Assembly: GCA_000995185.1 (NCBI GenBank)
Contig: LCET01000002.1
Location: 220 to 64,219 of the forward strand
Direction of reading: 5' to 3'
DNA from: Candidatus Woesebacteria bacterium GW2011_GWC1_42_9
GTDB taxonomy: Bacteria > Patescibacteriota > Microgenomatia > UBA8517
Length of the DNA: 64,000 nt
The notes beneath the pieces were generated by a model. It was given only the letters and a program-made list of their open reading frames with translations. It was not told the DNA's origin and did not search any database. The position numbers and the translations under genes were made by a program. Shown piece by piece: positions 10,115-19,682 of this stretch. Numbering within the stretch: position 1 is the first letter of the stretch; every line of letters starts with the position of its first letter.

Positions 10115-10719
10115 AATGCCTTTTTTAGTTTGTTTATACCGATAATTACCTCATCGGCGCCAACCCCTTCCACCTCGTCAATATACTCTATTGTCACTCC
10201 GCCGTCATCACAAATTTTATAGTTAAAGCCCCCTTTCTCTCGGAGCCTAACGAGTTCACTAATTTTCTCAAGAGCGCTCTTATCAAATTCTTGGCCTCCG
10301 AATCCAGCCTCCACGCTCATAACTAATATTACATTAAGGTCCTCTAGGACACTCTCATCAATCATCTCCACGTCAGTAGACAAATCGACCGCCACCCCAA
10401 CTTTTGCTCCCGTGCTTTGTACTTTCTTAACATAATCTGCTTGATTACTCATCTTTTCGATATGGCCGATTATCCTATCTCCCTGTGCACGAACACATTT
10501 TTCAACCCACTTAATCGGCTCAACCACCATCAAATGGTAATCAAATTTAAGATTTGTTTCGTAGTCGTTCAAACTGCTTGGGTCGATAGTCCGATTATTT
10601 GCAAATTTTCCGTCAACAATATCAATCTGGACTCGTTCCACCTTCCCCTCAGCGATTGAAACCAAATCAAATAGATCCATTACGCTATCAGTCAGAATGG
10701 CCGGAATTATTTCAACCAT
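10111..10719 (-). CDS. rpe: Ribulose-phosphate 3-epimerase-like
   Basis: The IDIVDGKFA and MSVEAGFGGQEF motifs resemble the RPE signatures DVMDGHFVPN and MSVNPGFGGQ. Length is 202 aa. Confidence 0.65.
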   Translation of the reverse strand: MVEIIPAILTDSVMDLFDLVSIAEGKVERVQIDIVDGKFANNRTIDPSSLNDYETNLKFDYHLMVVEPIKWVEKCVRAQGDRIIGHIEKMSNQADYVKKVQSTGAKVGVAVDLSTDVEMIDESVLEDLNVILVMSVEAGFGGQEFDKSALEKISELVRLREKGGFNYKICDDGGVTIEYIDEVEGVGADEVIIGINKLKKAL

Positions 10720-11827
10720 TGTAGCTATTCTCCTTGTGGATCGCGGTAATTGGATCTGTTGGCGCAGTCTCGCTTCCCAAAGTTCTCCCCACTCTCACCA
10801 CTTGCTCAACCAATCTCGTGGCATACCCCCACTCATTGTCATACCAAGCGTACACTTTCACTAAATTCCCGGCGACAACTTGGGTAAGCCCTAAATCAAC
10901 GATAGCCGATTCACTCCTTCCCACGATATCAGAGGAAACCAAGGGCTCCTCAGTCACTCCCAATATCCCCTTGTATAAAGGATTATTACTGGCGTCTTTA
11001 AACGCCTGGTTAACTTCCACATAAGTAACATCTCTTTTGAGTAGGACTGCAAAATCAGTGATCGACCCAGTAAGAACCGGTACTCTCAACGCCCTGCCAT
11101 CAAACAATCCCTTGAGCTCAGGTATTGTCTGAGTGGTTGCTTCAGCCGCACCCGTAGTTGTAGGGATAATATTTGCGGCGGCGGCACGGGCTCGGCGAAG
11201 GTCTTTATGGGAGTTATCCTGCAAACGCTGGTCATCGGTGTACCCATGTATTGTCGTCATCGCGGCTTTTTCCACCCCAAATTTGGAGTGAAGTATCGCG
11301 ATAACCGGAGCAGTGCAATTTGTGGTGCATGAAGAATTTGACAACACTACTGCATCCCCTTCATATTCATTCACCCCAAGGATATACGTCCCCACATTAC
11401 CTCCCTTTGATGGCGCCGAAATTATCACCCGTTTCGCCCCGGCTTGAGCATGTTTTTTAGCGTCTTCTTCCTTTGTAAACCTCCCGGTTGACTCAACAAC
11501 AACATCCACCTCATATTTTTTCCAAGGGATTTTCTCAGGCTCCCCTTGCGCCAAAATCGGAATTTTAGTTTCCCCGATCACAAAGTGCCCGATCAATGGG
11601 TCTTGGTCAGTTACATCTTTTGGGTTATTGGCAGGGACAGCCTTTATATCTTCCTTTAAGATCCCATACATAGTGTCATAGCGAAGCAAGTGAAGCCACC
11701 CAGCCACATCCATCGACCCACTGGTGTTAATTGCCGCAATTTCAATCTCACTCGTGTGCCCAAGAAGCCAGACCCGAAACGCCAACCTCCCAATCCTCCC
11801 AAACCCATTAATGCCAACTTTCACCAT
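10712..11827 (-). CDS. gap: Glyceraldehyde-3-phosphate dehydrogenase, type I
   Basis: INGFGRIGR and SNSSCTTNCTAP active-site motifs are present. Length is 371 aa. Confidence 0.9.
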   Translation of the reverse strand: MVKVGINGFGRIGRLAFRVWLLGHTSEIEIAAINTSGSMDVAGWLHLLRYDTMYGILKEDIKAVPANNPKDVTDQDPLIGHFVIGETKIPILAQGEPEKIPWKKYEVDVVVESTGRFTKEEDAKKHAQAGAKRVIISAPSKGGNVGTYILGVNEYEGDAVVLSNSSCTTNCTAPVIAILHSKFGVEKAAMTTIHGYTDDQRLQDNSHKDLRRARAAAANIIPTTTGAAEATTQTIPELKGLFDGRALRVPVLTGSITDFAVLLKRDVTYVEVNQAFKDASNNPLYKGILGVTEEPLVSSDIVGRSESAIVDLGLTQVVAGNLVKVYAWYDNEWGYATRLVEQVVRVGRTLGSETAPTDPITAIHKENSYNG

Positions 11828-12795
11828 TAACTTAAGTCTATCAATGCTTCTATTGCCGGTAAAGTGCGCTTTGTGAGGTATTCCAGACTAGCGCCCCCGC
11901 CAACCGAGATCCAATCAAACTTAGCATTTAACCTTAACTTCGTGATTGCTTCTTCAGTGTCTCCTCCTCCAGCGATCTTTAGCGCCTTGGAATTTGCAAT
12001 ATTTTCAAAGACGCTTTTAGTTCCCATCATATGCCCTTCCTCTTCAAATTTGCCCATCGGTCCAGACACAAAAATGGTGCCAGCGGCCGATAATATTTTA
12101 ATAAACTTCTCGATCGAATTAATTGTAATATCTTCCTTATCCGGCATTAGTCTTGCAACCGCAATTTTCTTATCTTTATGATCTTCTCCTAAATATTCGG
12201 GGAGCCTCCCGCCAACTAAAACCTTATCAGCAATATTTTTAAGCCCCTCCAAATAATCTAATTTCCCCTTTTTCACTCCTCCGATTAGCATAATTACTGG
12301 TTTTTTGGGGCTGTCCAATATCTTGTCTAAATTTTCCACCTCTCTTAGAAAACGAAAACCAAAAACAGTTTTTAAATACTTCGGTACTCCGACTATCGAT
12401 GCATGCCGGCGATGGCTTGTCGCAAAAGCTTCATTTACAAAGACCTCTCCCAATTCTGCGAGCTCCCTAGAAAAGCCATCGTCATTTTCCTCTTCCCCTC
12501 TCCAAAAGCGAAGATTTTCGTAAACTACAAATTCATCTCCTTTGACCCTTTTTTCAAACCAGCTTTTAAGGTGATTCGTTGACAATTGCTCATCTTTTTT
12601 CCCACCGGGGCGGCCGATATGGCCAATCAAAGTAATTTTAGCGGCACCTTTTTGAAAAAGATTATTTATTGTCGGGAGAAGGATCAGAAGCCGAGTATCA
12701 TCGGTGATTTTACCGCCTTCGACAACGTCGATATCCCCCCGCAGTAAAACCCTTTTTCCTTTAAATGAAAAATCATTTATCGATGGTAGTTTCAT
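11827..12795 (-). CDS. pgk: Phosphoglycerate kinase (short form)
   Basis: KRVLLRGDIDV, GHIGRPGG, GGGDTEE and VGGGASLEYL motifs are present. At 322 aa it is shorter than the usual ~400 aa. Confidence 0.7.
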   Translation of the reverse strand: MKLPSINDFSFKGKRVLLRGDIDVVEGGKITDDTRLLILLPTINNLFQKGAAKITLIGHIGRPGGKKDEQLSTNHLKSWFEKRVKGDEFVVYENLRFWRGEEENDDGFSRELAELGEVFVNEAFATSHRRHASIVGVPKYLKTVFGFRFLREVENLDKILDSPKKPVIMLIGGVKKGKLDYLEGLKNIADKVLVGGRLPEYLGEDHKDKKIAVARLMPDKEDITINSIEKFIKILSAAGTIFVSGPMGKFEEEGHMMGTKSVFENIANSKALKIAGGGDTEEAITKLRLNAKFDWISVGGGASLEYLTKRTLPAIEALIDLS

Positions 12796-12801
12796 AGGAA
12801 G

Positions 12802-13251
12802 CTAATTATTCTCCTCAATTTTCTCGATATCGGCTAGTCGCCTTTTGTGTCTCGCGGACTTGTCAAACTTTGTCGTTAAAAAAGCTTTGACCATTTTTTT
12901 TGCCGATTCACCATCGGTATAATCCGAAGCCAGGACCAAAATATTCATGTCATCATCCCTCCGGCCTGCTTTTACCTGGTCAACGCTTTTCCCAAAGGAG
13001 GCGCGGGCGCCATCAAATTTATTTGCCATAATGTCTACTCCCACACCAGACCCGCACATAAGAATCCCAAAAGAATTTTCATTCTCGGCAACCATCGAAG
13101 CCACTCTGGCCGCATATTTGGTGTAATCATCGCTTCGATCGTATTCTTCCGCCCCCAAATCCTCAAAATCATGCTTTAACTTAATAAGCCACTCAGCGAC
13201 TTTTTTTTTCAGTTTATAGCCTTTGTGGTCAGCCCCCAAATATATCTTCAT
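12802..13251 (-). CDS. rpiB: Ribose-5-phosphate isomerase B
   Basis: MKIYLGADHKGYKLK ... MCGSGVGVDIMANK is typical of the RpiB/LacAB family. Length is 149 aa. Confidence 0.85.
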   Translation of the reverse strand: MKIYLGADHKGYKLKKKVAEWLIKLKHDFEDLGAEEYDRSDDYTKYAARVASMVAENENSFGILMCGSGVGVDIMANKFDGARASFGKSVDQVKAGRRDDDMNILVLASDYTDGESAKKMVKAFLTTKFDKSARHKRRLADIEKIEENN

Positions 13252-13269
13252 ATTTTCATTATATATCTT

Positions 13270-15168
13270 TTACCCTGCTCCCCCTCCACCGCCACCTCCG
13301 CCTCCTCCACCGCCGCCAGATGAGCCGCCGGATGACCCGACTCCACTTGCACCATATCCTGAGGACACGGACGAAGATAAAGATGAAATCGCGGAACTAA
13401 TAGATGAAAGAGATGAGATACTCCCAGTCGAGCTAGCTGAATAACCTCCCCAATAAGCCGAAATCACACGAGCATCCCCTTTGGAGAAATTAACAGGAAG
13501 CTCCGACAAAGCCTTTGCAGAAATCCCCAAAACAGTGCCATAGACTAAATACTTTTCCCACAAGATCACGGAATCAATCGGATATTTTTTAGTTATTCCA
13601 TATTCCTTGAGGTGTCTTTTGAAGGCCAACCAGTTGGCCGCCTCGTTTCTCCCTTTTTCTGTGAGCTTTTCACCGTAAACTGACATAGAAACTGCCCCCA
13701 TTACAAAGAGGATGCCTGGGAAAACCCCAAAAAGGATTACTACAACTCCCCAAAGACTGCCGACGAGGAAAATATTCACCAAAAAAATAAGCGGGATTTG
13801 AATAATAATTGGAAAAATCAGGTATTTAAAATATGTCCCGTTTTTAACCAATTCGTGCGAATAGGTCTCAAAATATCCCTCCTCTAAATTTTCTTTGAAT
13901 ACTAATTTCCCGAGACTCTGGAAAAAATTATGGCTCACCATCCTATTGGCTTTGCTATAGCTAATTATCTCGGCAAAGGAAACAGTATCCCCACCAATCC
14001 CAACTTGTTCAAAAATAAAATCATACACCTGGCGGTCAATTTCACTATTACCCTCATCCAAGCTTTTAATCCGCTCAAGAGAATATTGGTATTTTTTAAT
14101 TATTAATCCTTCTTTTTTATCACTTCTTATGATTTTTATGTTTTTCTTCTGCACCAGGAAAAGAACACTGGCAGTGAAAGCCTTGGGGGTAAGGCTTTTG
14201 GCTCCCCTCCCGACTAGCTGTTCTATCTGGGCAGGGTCAATATCGCTTGGCGGGTCCCAAAGCCTCCCGGCGATATTGACGGCGGACAAGGCCTTATCTT
14301 TTCCAAATCTAAAAAACAAGACCAGGGATTTAATGAAGGCTTTCATTTGGAACGCAAAAACGCCGAAAAACAAAATCAAGAAAACCCCACCCAATAGTCT
14401 GTTTCGAGTCTTTTTATTCTCAGTCTGCCTAATAAATTCATTCTCCGCTTTAATAATTTCTTCTTTGCTTAAGTTCCCCTGAGCTCCTCCGAAAAATTTG
14501 TCTCTGGGCAAAATGATTCTGGCCTCAAAAAATTCTCCCGATTTAATTCCGGAAAGCTGATAAACCACGGTTTTATTGTCAGGAATTGCGACAGTGCCGC
14601 TTAATGGCCCATGTGCCCAGGCCGCTACGTCATTATCAGCTAACCCCTCAGGCAAGGTTATTTCTGCCGAAATATTGCTCTGTGAAACTTCCCAATCATG
14701 CCCTACAATCTTCCAATAAAATTCGGCAGTATCTTTATGAAGCGTAATCGCATTGTCAACGGTGTAGATAAGCCTAAATGTTTTGGCGGTGTCCATTGCC
14801 AGGTAAAACCACTTAATATAGTAGCTATCGTCTGATTCAGTGACAAAGTAGCTCCCTGCCAAGCTTTCCCCAACATTTGGGGAAACTTCCCGATAACAAA
14901 CACTCTCATCACAAATTTTAAGGTTACTTATTTTGTAGGGGGTGCTTCTGCCCGAGGCGTCACTTTTCTCACCAAGTTTATTAATATATTGATAAGCAAA
15001 GGTAAAATTCCCATTAAAATCATATTGCCTTTCCTCGGTAACCTCGATTGAACCATCTGGAGATATTTCTATGTCAACATTAACGGAGGGTATCGTATAG
15101 CTTTTTTCCTCTGCCGACACGGACGTAGGGAGGAAAAGTAAAGCAAACAGGATTAGAAATTTTTTCAT
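13270..15168 (-). CDS. DUF2207-like membrane protein with C-terminal Ser/Gly tail
   Basis: Signal peptide, DUF2207-like N-terminal region (YTIPSVNVDIEISPDGSIEVTEERQYDF), internal TM helices and a C-terminal S-rich then poly-Gly run (GGGGGGGGGGGGAG). Confidence 0.6.
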   Translation of the reverse strand: MKKFLILFALLFLPTSVSAEEKSYTIPSVNVDIEISPDGSIEVTEERQYDFNGNFTFAYQYINKLGEKSDASGRSTPYKISNLKICDESVCYREVSPNVGESLAGSYFVTESDDSYYIKWFYLAMDTAKTFRLIYTVDNAITLHKDTAEFYWKIVGHDWEVSQSNISAEITLPEGLADNDVAAWAHGPLSGTVAIPDNKTVVYQLSGIKSGEFFEARIILPRDKFFGGAQGNLSKEEIIKAENEFIRQTENKKTRNRLLGGVFLILFFGVFAFQMKAFIKSLVLFFRFGKDKALSAVNIAGRLWDPPSDIDPAQIEQLVGRGAKSLTPKAFTASVLFLVQKKNIKIIRSDKKEGLIIKKYQYSLERIKSLDEGNSEIDRQVYDFIFEQVGIGGDTVSFAEIISYSKANRMVSHNFFQSLGKLVFKENLEEGYFETYSHELVKNGTYFKYLIFPIIIQIPLIFLVNIFLVGSLWGVVVILFGVFPGILFVMGAVSMSVYGEKLTEKGRNEAANWLAFKRHLKEYGITKKYPIDSVILWEKYLVYGTVLGISAKALSELPVNFSKGDARVISAYWGGYSASSTGSISSLSSISSAISSLSSSVSSGYGASGVGSSGGSSGGGGGGGGGGGGGAG

Positions 15169-15824
15169 TCAAACCCTTCAATTAATTCTAAAAGTTTTTC
15201 CTTTGGTTCATTTGATTTCACTATTGCTGATGATACCGCTATCCCCAATGCTCCGTATTCCAAGCTTTTTTCCACATCAGCTACAGATTTTATCCCCGCC
15301 CCAACGATCAGGGGGATATTTACCTGGTTAGTAAAATTAAAAGCGTCTTTTATCACCTCCGGCTTGGCCGTGGCCACTGACTCCTCTTCGCTCCCCACAA
15401 GCTCAGGCGGCTCGTAAGAAATAAAATTAGGCTTAAGGGGCAATAGCTTCTGGAGCTCATCCAAGTCCTCTGCAAAAATTAGGGTCTTAAGTCCCACTTC
15501 GTGGCACCTTGCATTAGCCTTTATTAAGGCCGAAAAATCCTCAAATTTATGCTCACTATGATTTAAAAAAACACCCTTTACTCCCACGCGGGTGGCCTCC
15601 TCCGGTAAGACCCACCCCGTATGCGCCCCATAACTAATTGGGTCAACGTGCTGAATCCAAACATCCAAAATCGTCGAGTCAATGATCGTCTCTGCGTCAA
15701 TTACCTGAACAACAGGAACGATTTTTACATTACTATCGACAGCCACCTCCTGCAATATTTTAGACAAGTCCACCGCCCTTCTTCCACTTCCCTGTTCATA
15801 GGTTTTAAAATTTACAAAAATCAT
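15165..15824 (-). CDS. tpiA: Triosephosphate isomerase, archaeal type
   Basis: At 219 aa it has the size of archaeal TIM. INFKTY, GAHTGWVLPEEA, LNHSE, EPPELVG, KPEVI and GAGI motifs match Pyrococcus-type TIM. Confidence 0.8.
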   Translation of the reverse strand: MIFVNFKTYEQGSGRRAVDLSKILQEVAVDSNVKIVPVVQVIDAETIIDSTILDVWIQHVDPISYGAHTGWVLPEEATRVGVKGVFLNHSEHKFEDFSALIKANARCHEVGLKTLIFAEDLDELQKLLPLKPNFISYEPPELVGSEEESVATAKPEVIKDAFNFTNQVNIPLIVGAGIKSVADVEKSLEYGALGIAVSSAIVKSNEPKEKLLELIEGFE

Positions 15825-15827
15825 ATT

Positions 15828-16562
15828 TTATGCAAATAGGAAGCTTAATATTCCAAGCCAAACAGGCTGATCAACATGAAGCACCTCGCCTGTGGAAGCC
15901 GACACCGTGGTAACTACTGCAACCGGTAGATCAATTAAATTAAATAAGTCAATAACCTTGTGCCCAGGGATCAAATATCCAATTTCCCCTTTCTCCCCTT
16001 CAGACAAGACAATTTGTTTCTCAGGATCCATGCGATCAATTATTTTGGCACGAAGTAAATTCAAAAGCGCGTCATATGGCAATATCGCAACATAGCGTAA
16101 CCCAGAAGGTGCCTCCACTGAAAGTTTCCTGCTCCCAGCATCAATGTTTATGGCGTAGTCAGTTTTTGCTAGTATCCCCCTCTGGCTAATGCCAAATCCT
16201 CCATCAAGATTAATTATTACAACCTTTTTGGGCTGGTCTTTCTCCTCAATCTCAACTAGATCTTGGGAAAAATCGGTAACATCCTGGTCCACCTGCCCAC
16301 TTCCCGAGACGACACTTAGCTGAACTCTATCGTCGATCCGCTTAAGATACACTTCGGCGTTAGGATCAGGAGTGGGATTACTGGCCAGGTTTTTGAATTC
16401 CAGCGACTCTCTATCGGGAATATCAAATCTCAGCTCGTCTTCGTACGAAAGTACATTCCAAACTGCCCCTTCAGTGTCACTGACCGTCAAAAGTGCCGCA
16501 TCCACTTTCTCAGGAACAGCCAGAATCACAAGGAGCATACCCAAAACAACAATTTTCCTCAT
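15828..16562 (-). CDS. Hypothetical secreted protein
   Basis: Signal peptide (MRKIVVLGMLLVILAVPEKVDA). No family was recognised. Confidence 0.4.
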   Translation of the reverse strand: MRKIVVLGMLLVILAVPEKVDAALLTVSDTEGAVWNVLSYEDELRFDIPDRESLEFKNLASNPTPDPNAEVYLKRIDDRVQLSVVSGSGQVDQDVTDFSQDLVEIEEKDQPKKVVIINLDGGFGISQRGILAKTDYAINIDAGSRKLSVEAPSGLRYVAILPYDALLNLLRAKIIDRMDPEKQIVLSEGEKGEIGYLIPGHKVIDLFNLIDLPVAVVTTVSASTGEVLHVDQPVWLGILSFLFA

Positions 16563-16638
16563 ACAGATAATACTAACTAAACTTCTACCAAATCTCCACC
16601 GTAATTCACCGCAGATTCACCGCGTTATTTCCGCACAC

Positions 16639-16830
16639 CTATGAATTCTGACGGGAATATACGCCAAATAATGCCAATACTACAGCAACCAAAAGCCACT
16701 GCGTTGAGGCTAACCAAATATCACTCCCTAAATATCCAATAGCTGACAAAAGAACACTAATCACTGCCCCTCCAACTAACATTTGTGATAATTGAGCCCA
16801 GTCTTTCTTTTTTAATTTCAACTTTCTCAC
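16639..16830 (-). CDS. Small hypothetical membrane protein
   Basis: 63-aa ORF with two predicted TM helices. Only the open reading frame supports it. Confidence 0.25.
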   Translation of the reverse strand: MRKLKLKKKDWAQLSQMLVGGAVISVLLSAIGYLGSDIWLASTQWLLVAVVLALFGVYSRQNS

Positions 16831-16891
16831 CTCCCTTTAATTCATAATAGCACTATTCAGAGAGGTATTTACAGATAATGTAAAGTAGGTT

Positions 16892-17554
16892 ATGGCGGTG
16901 AAGATTGAGAAAAACTGGAAAGAAGCGCTAAATGGCGAGTTTGAAAAACCATATTTTAGAACCCTCGCCAAATTTGTAAAAGAAGAATATAGCTTTGGGA
17001 CAGTTTACCCTTCTCCAAAATTAGTATTTAATGCTTTTGATTCCTGCCCCTTTGATAAAGTGAAGGTGGTGATCCTTGGCCAAGACCCATACCACGGCCA
17101 AAACCAAGCTCACGGTCTGGCATTTTCTGTGCGAGACAGTGTGGAAATCCCCCCATCGCTAATTAATATTTATAAAGAAATTGAGGATGATCTTGGCATC
17201 AAACCTCCAAAGTCAGGGAATTTAACTCGCTGGACCAAGCAAGGAGTGCTTCTTTTAAATGCCACTCTGACGGTGCGGGCAAACCTGGCAGGATCGCACC
17301 AAAAAAAAGGCTGGGAAGAATTTACCGATGCGGCAATTACAGCGCTTTCAGAGAAGAAAAAAAATTTGGTTTTTATGCTCTGGGGGTCCTATGCACAAAA
17401 TAAAGGAGAAGTAATAAACAAATCTCGGCATTTAGTTCTTGAGGCTCCACACCCATCCCCACTGTCTGCAAGCCGCGGCTTTTTTGGCTGTCGGCATTTC
17501 TCGGCCTGCAATCTTTACCTTATTATGCACGGCAAAGAACCAATTGAATGGTAG
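16892..17554 (+). CDS. ung: Uracil-DNA glycosylase (family 1)
   Basis: VVILGQDPYHGQNQAHGLAFSV and the HPSPLS motif are present. Length is 220 aa. Confidence 0.9.
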   Translation: MAVKIEKNWKEALNGEFEKPYFRTLAKFVKEEYSFGTVYPSPKLVFNAFDSCPFDKVKVVILGQDPYHGQNQAHGLAFSVRDSVEIPPSLINIYKEIEDDLGIKPPKSGNLTRWTKQGVLLLNATLTVRANLAGSHQKKGWEEFTDAAITALSEKKKNLVFMLWGSYAQNKGEVINKSRHLVLEAPHPSPLSASRGFFGCRHFSACNLYLIMHGKEPIEW

Positions 17555-17565
17555 AAATCTTATTT

Positions 17566-17601
17566 CCTCCTCACGGCACCACCTCCCGCCAGATGATCTT
17601 G
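17566..17601. repeat. Direct repeat copy 1 (about 36 nt, 31/36 identical to copy 2); an orphan copy of the 3' end of a surface-protein gene
   Basis: ctcacggcaccacctcccGccaGATGatcttgtttg versus ctcacggcaccacctcccTccaCACAatcttgtttg at 18083-18118. On the minus strand it encodes NKIIWREVVP followed by a stop codon. Confidence 0.65.
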
Positions 17602-17965
17602 TTTGAAAGATATATTGCATCGGTTTGATATAATAGCTTCCAGAGGGTTAATAAAGCAGAACTTTTAAATTTCGTTCAGAAGAAGTCGACCACAGATTCT
17701 AGGAGGCATGACGTGTCAGAACCGAAAAATCGAGATGTAGTGGACAATAGTAAACGGGATACGCCCGTAAGAGGGTCGATATATGATCCGGATACTGGGA
17801 AACGTGTTCAATGGTATGATGATGGGTATCGTCATACCACAAGTCCAGATCACTGGACAGATCAGAACGCGCCAAAAGGTGATCCGGGACGACACGACCC
17901 ACCTGCGGATCGTCAGGAATAGATCAAACAACAAAGAGGGGCCCTCTCTGCTTTCCCCTCTTTGA
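17567..17965 (-). pseudogene. Decayed remnant of a paralog of the 532-aa Cys-rich secreted protein (only the C-terminal end is recognisable)
   Basis: The minus frame ends in ...LSNKIIWREVVP, compared with ...LSPNKIVWREVVP at the end of the 18084-19682 gene. An in-frame stop near 17696 interrupts the frame. The segment is GC-rich like the intact gene. Confidence 0.3.
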
Positions 17966-18082
17966 TATTTAGGGCTGGTAGTTTAATAGACAGCCTGGCA
18001 ACGCTAGCTAACCAGGATAGGAAAATACCCTTCCAAAGGGAGAGATGGGTGCATGTCCCATTCAGCCCATATAGTTTTGCTT

Positions 18083-18118
18083 CTCACGGCACCACCTCCC
18101 TCCACACAATCTTGTTTG
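18083..18118. repeat. Direct repeat copy 2 (3' end of the 532-aa gene, including its stop codon)
   Basis: See copy 1. It encodes the final 10 codons NKIVWREVVP plus the stop of the 18084-19682 gene. Confidence 0.65.
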
Positions 18119-19682
18119 GTGAGAGGGAACGGGGGAAATGAAGATAATTGGCAGGATTCATCGTGAATGTTTCCGCAGGATTTGCATTCCCTCCTCCCAG
18201 ATCCCGTGAGAGGGTTACCCCAGAGAGGGTAACCACTGATCCAGTGACAGCGAGTGGTTGGGCTCCACTCCCTGTGGTGAAGGATCCATCTGCGAAGAAA
18301 ATACCTTGGAGGGTGGTGACTGTGGGAGAGAGGATGATGTCCCCGCTCACTACAATCAAAAGAAAATCGTTGGCTGCACTGGCCAGAGTGACATTCCCAG
18401 TGATGGTGAGATTGCCATTTACAAAAAGGATCGCTGATCCATTGATGTTGGTATTAGTGAGGGTGAGATCTCCTGGAGAGGTGAACCACTTGTAACCATC
18501 AGGAGAGATGGACCCTCCCGAGAATGAGCCTGTCCCCATTGTCCCGCTAGCCGCATTGATGGCTGCATCAGAGGGGATCTTTCCCTCAAAGACTTCATAT
18601 GATATCTCTTGGTTGGAGAGAGGACTGTCCACTTTCCAGACTGTATCCCCTCCCCCAAGCCCAAGGTTCCCTGAATACAGGGCAATGGCGGTGGAGGAAT
18701 CAGTATTTCCCGCCACTAACTGTTCTCCTGCGGGCATTTCAGTACTGTAAATATTCCCTCCGCTGATGACTGCTCCTCCCACTGCCTGCCACCAAGGCCC
18801 TGGTGCAGTCACGGTGACATCGCTTCTGGTTAACGCGGTGGTGGAACAGGTACCAGCTCCTCCTGTCCCATTGACGCGGGCGGTGGCGGTCACTCTGGCA
18901 GTTCCGGGAGCGAGGCCAGTGACATTGGTGGTGTATGAAGGCAGGGTGCTGTCCCGGGCGGGATTAGTGGAAATGCTTCCTGTAAGTCCCCCAGTTGGGG
19001 CATTAACGGGAGTGAAATCAACCCACTGGACAGTCCCATTGGCCACCCCCTGTACGGTGGCGGCGACCACTCCCACTGGTCCACCCACCGAGACAGTAAC
19101 ATCATTCAAGGTGACACCGGTACAGCTTGGGGCGCATCCAGGGCAGGATACATCATACCCGCTGCAGACAGAGGAACAATACAAGCTTCCTCCAAACACA
19201 GACCGATTGACCCCCACCTGCCTCTGGCAGGCCCCACAGCCAAATCCTCCCTGACTGCCGCACTGGTTGTTCCCTGCCCAACCCACAGTCCCCTGGGAGC
19301 AGACATCGGGGCGTGGGGTGGGACCTGGGGTGGGGGTTGAACCTGGGGTAGGGGTGGGGGCAACAGCACAAAAGGTGCCAATTGGTGCTCCTGAGCCGAG
19401 GTTGCATCCCTGCTGATTAGGCCACACCGAACACCCATTGTTTACCCACGCAGTCCACCCGCAATTACCTCCCCCAACGGGCACACAAGCTTGTGTCAGC
19501 GAAGAGATACCGAGACTGCGACACCAACAATAATTCCCTAGGACGGGGTCAAATGCACAAGGGCAATCGAAACGTTCATAAGAAACTGACGCGTTTCCAG
19601 TACACACTTGTGCTTGAGTTTTATCAACACGGAGTAAGAAGAAAATAAGAATAAAAAAAATTATTAGTAATAATTTTTTCAT
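18084..19682 (-). CDS. Cys-rich secreted / cell-surface protein with PT-linker and beta-helix-like Gly/Thr/Ser-rich region
   Basis: Signal peptide, about 20 Cys in the N-terminal 180 aa, a PTPTPGSTPTPGPTPRP linker, repetitive T/G/S/N-rich blocks and a conserved C-terminal WREVVP. It is markedly GC-richer than its surroundings. Confidence 0.6.
   Translation of the reverse strand: MKKLLLIIFFILIFFLLRVDKTQAQVCTGNASVSYERFDCPCAFDPVLGNYCWCRSLGISSLTQACVPVGGGNCGWTAWVNNGCSVWPNQQGCNLGSGAPIGTFCAVAPTPTPGSTPTPGPTPRPDVCSQGTVGWAGNNQCGSQGGFGCGACQRQVGVNRSVFGGSLYCSSVCSGYDVSCPGCAPSCTGVTLNDVTVSVGGPVGVVAATVQGVANGTVQWVDFTPVNAPTGGLTGSISTNPARDSTLPSYTTNVTGLAPGTARVTATARVNGTGGAGTCSTTALTRSDVTVTAPGPWWQAVGGAVISGGNIYSTEMPAGEQLVAGNTDSSTAIALYSGNLGLGGGDTVWKVDSPLSNQEISYEVFEGKIPSDAAINAASGTMGTGSFSGGSISPDGYKWFTSPGDLTLTNTNINGSAILFVNGNLTITGNVTLASAANDFLLIVVSGDIILSPTVTTLQGIFFADGSFTTGSGAQPLAVTGSVVTLSGVTLSRDLGGGNANPAETFTMNPANYLHFPRSLSPNKIVWREVVP

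Noticed and set aside
13223-13444. Plus-strand ORF encoding a poly-proline peptide (PPPPPPPPPPPPP...)
   Set aside because: It is the reverse complement of the poly-Gly/Ser C-terminal tail of the DUF2207 gene on the minus strand. It is a mirror ORF of low-complexity sequence, not a gene.
17713-17922. Plus-strand 69-aa ORF with aggagg RBS and GTG start as a confident gene call
   Set aside because: The segment is open in four frames because of GC-rich composition. The same DNA carries the remnant of the duplicated surface-protein 3' end on the other strand. It is mentioned only as an alternative in the findings.
18148-19438. Multiple long ORFs on both strands inside the 18084-19682 gene (e.g. 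18766..19254 +, 19106..19438 -)
   Set aside because: They are shadow ORFs caused by high GC and low stop-codon density. The minus-strand 532-aa frame has a signal peptide, an RBS context and a coherent domain structure.
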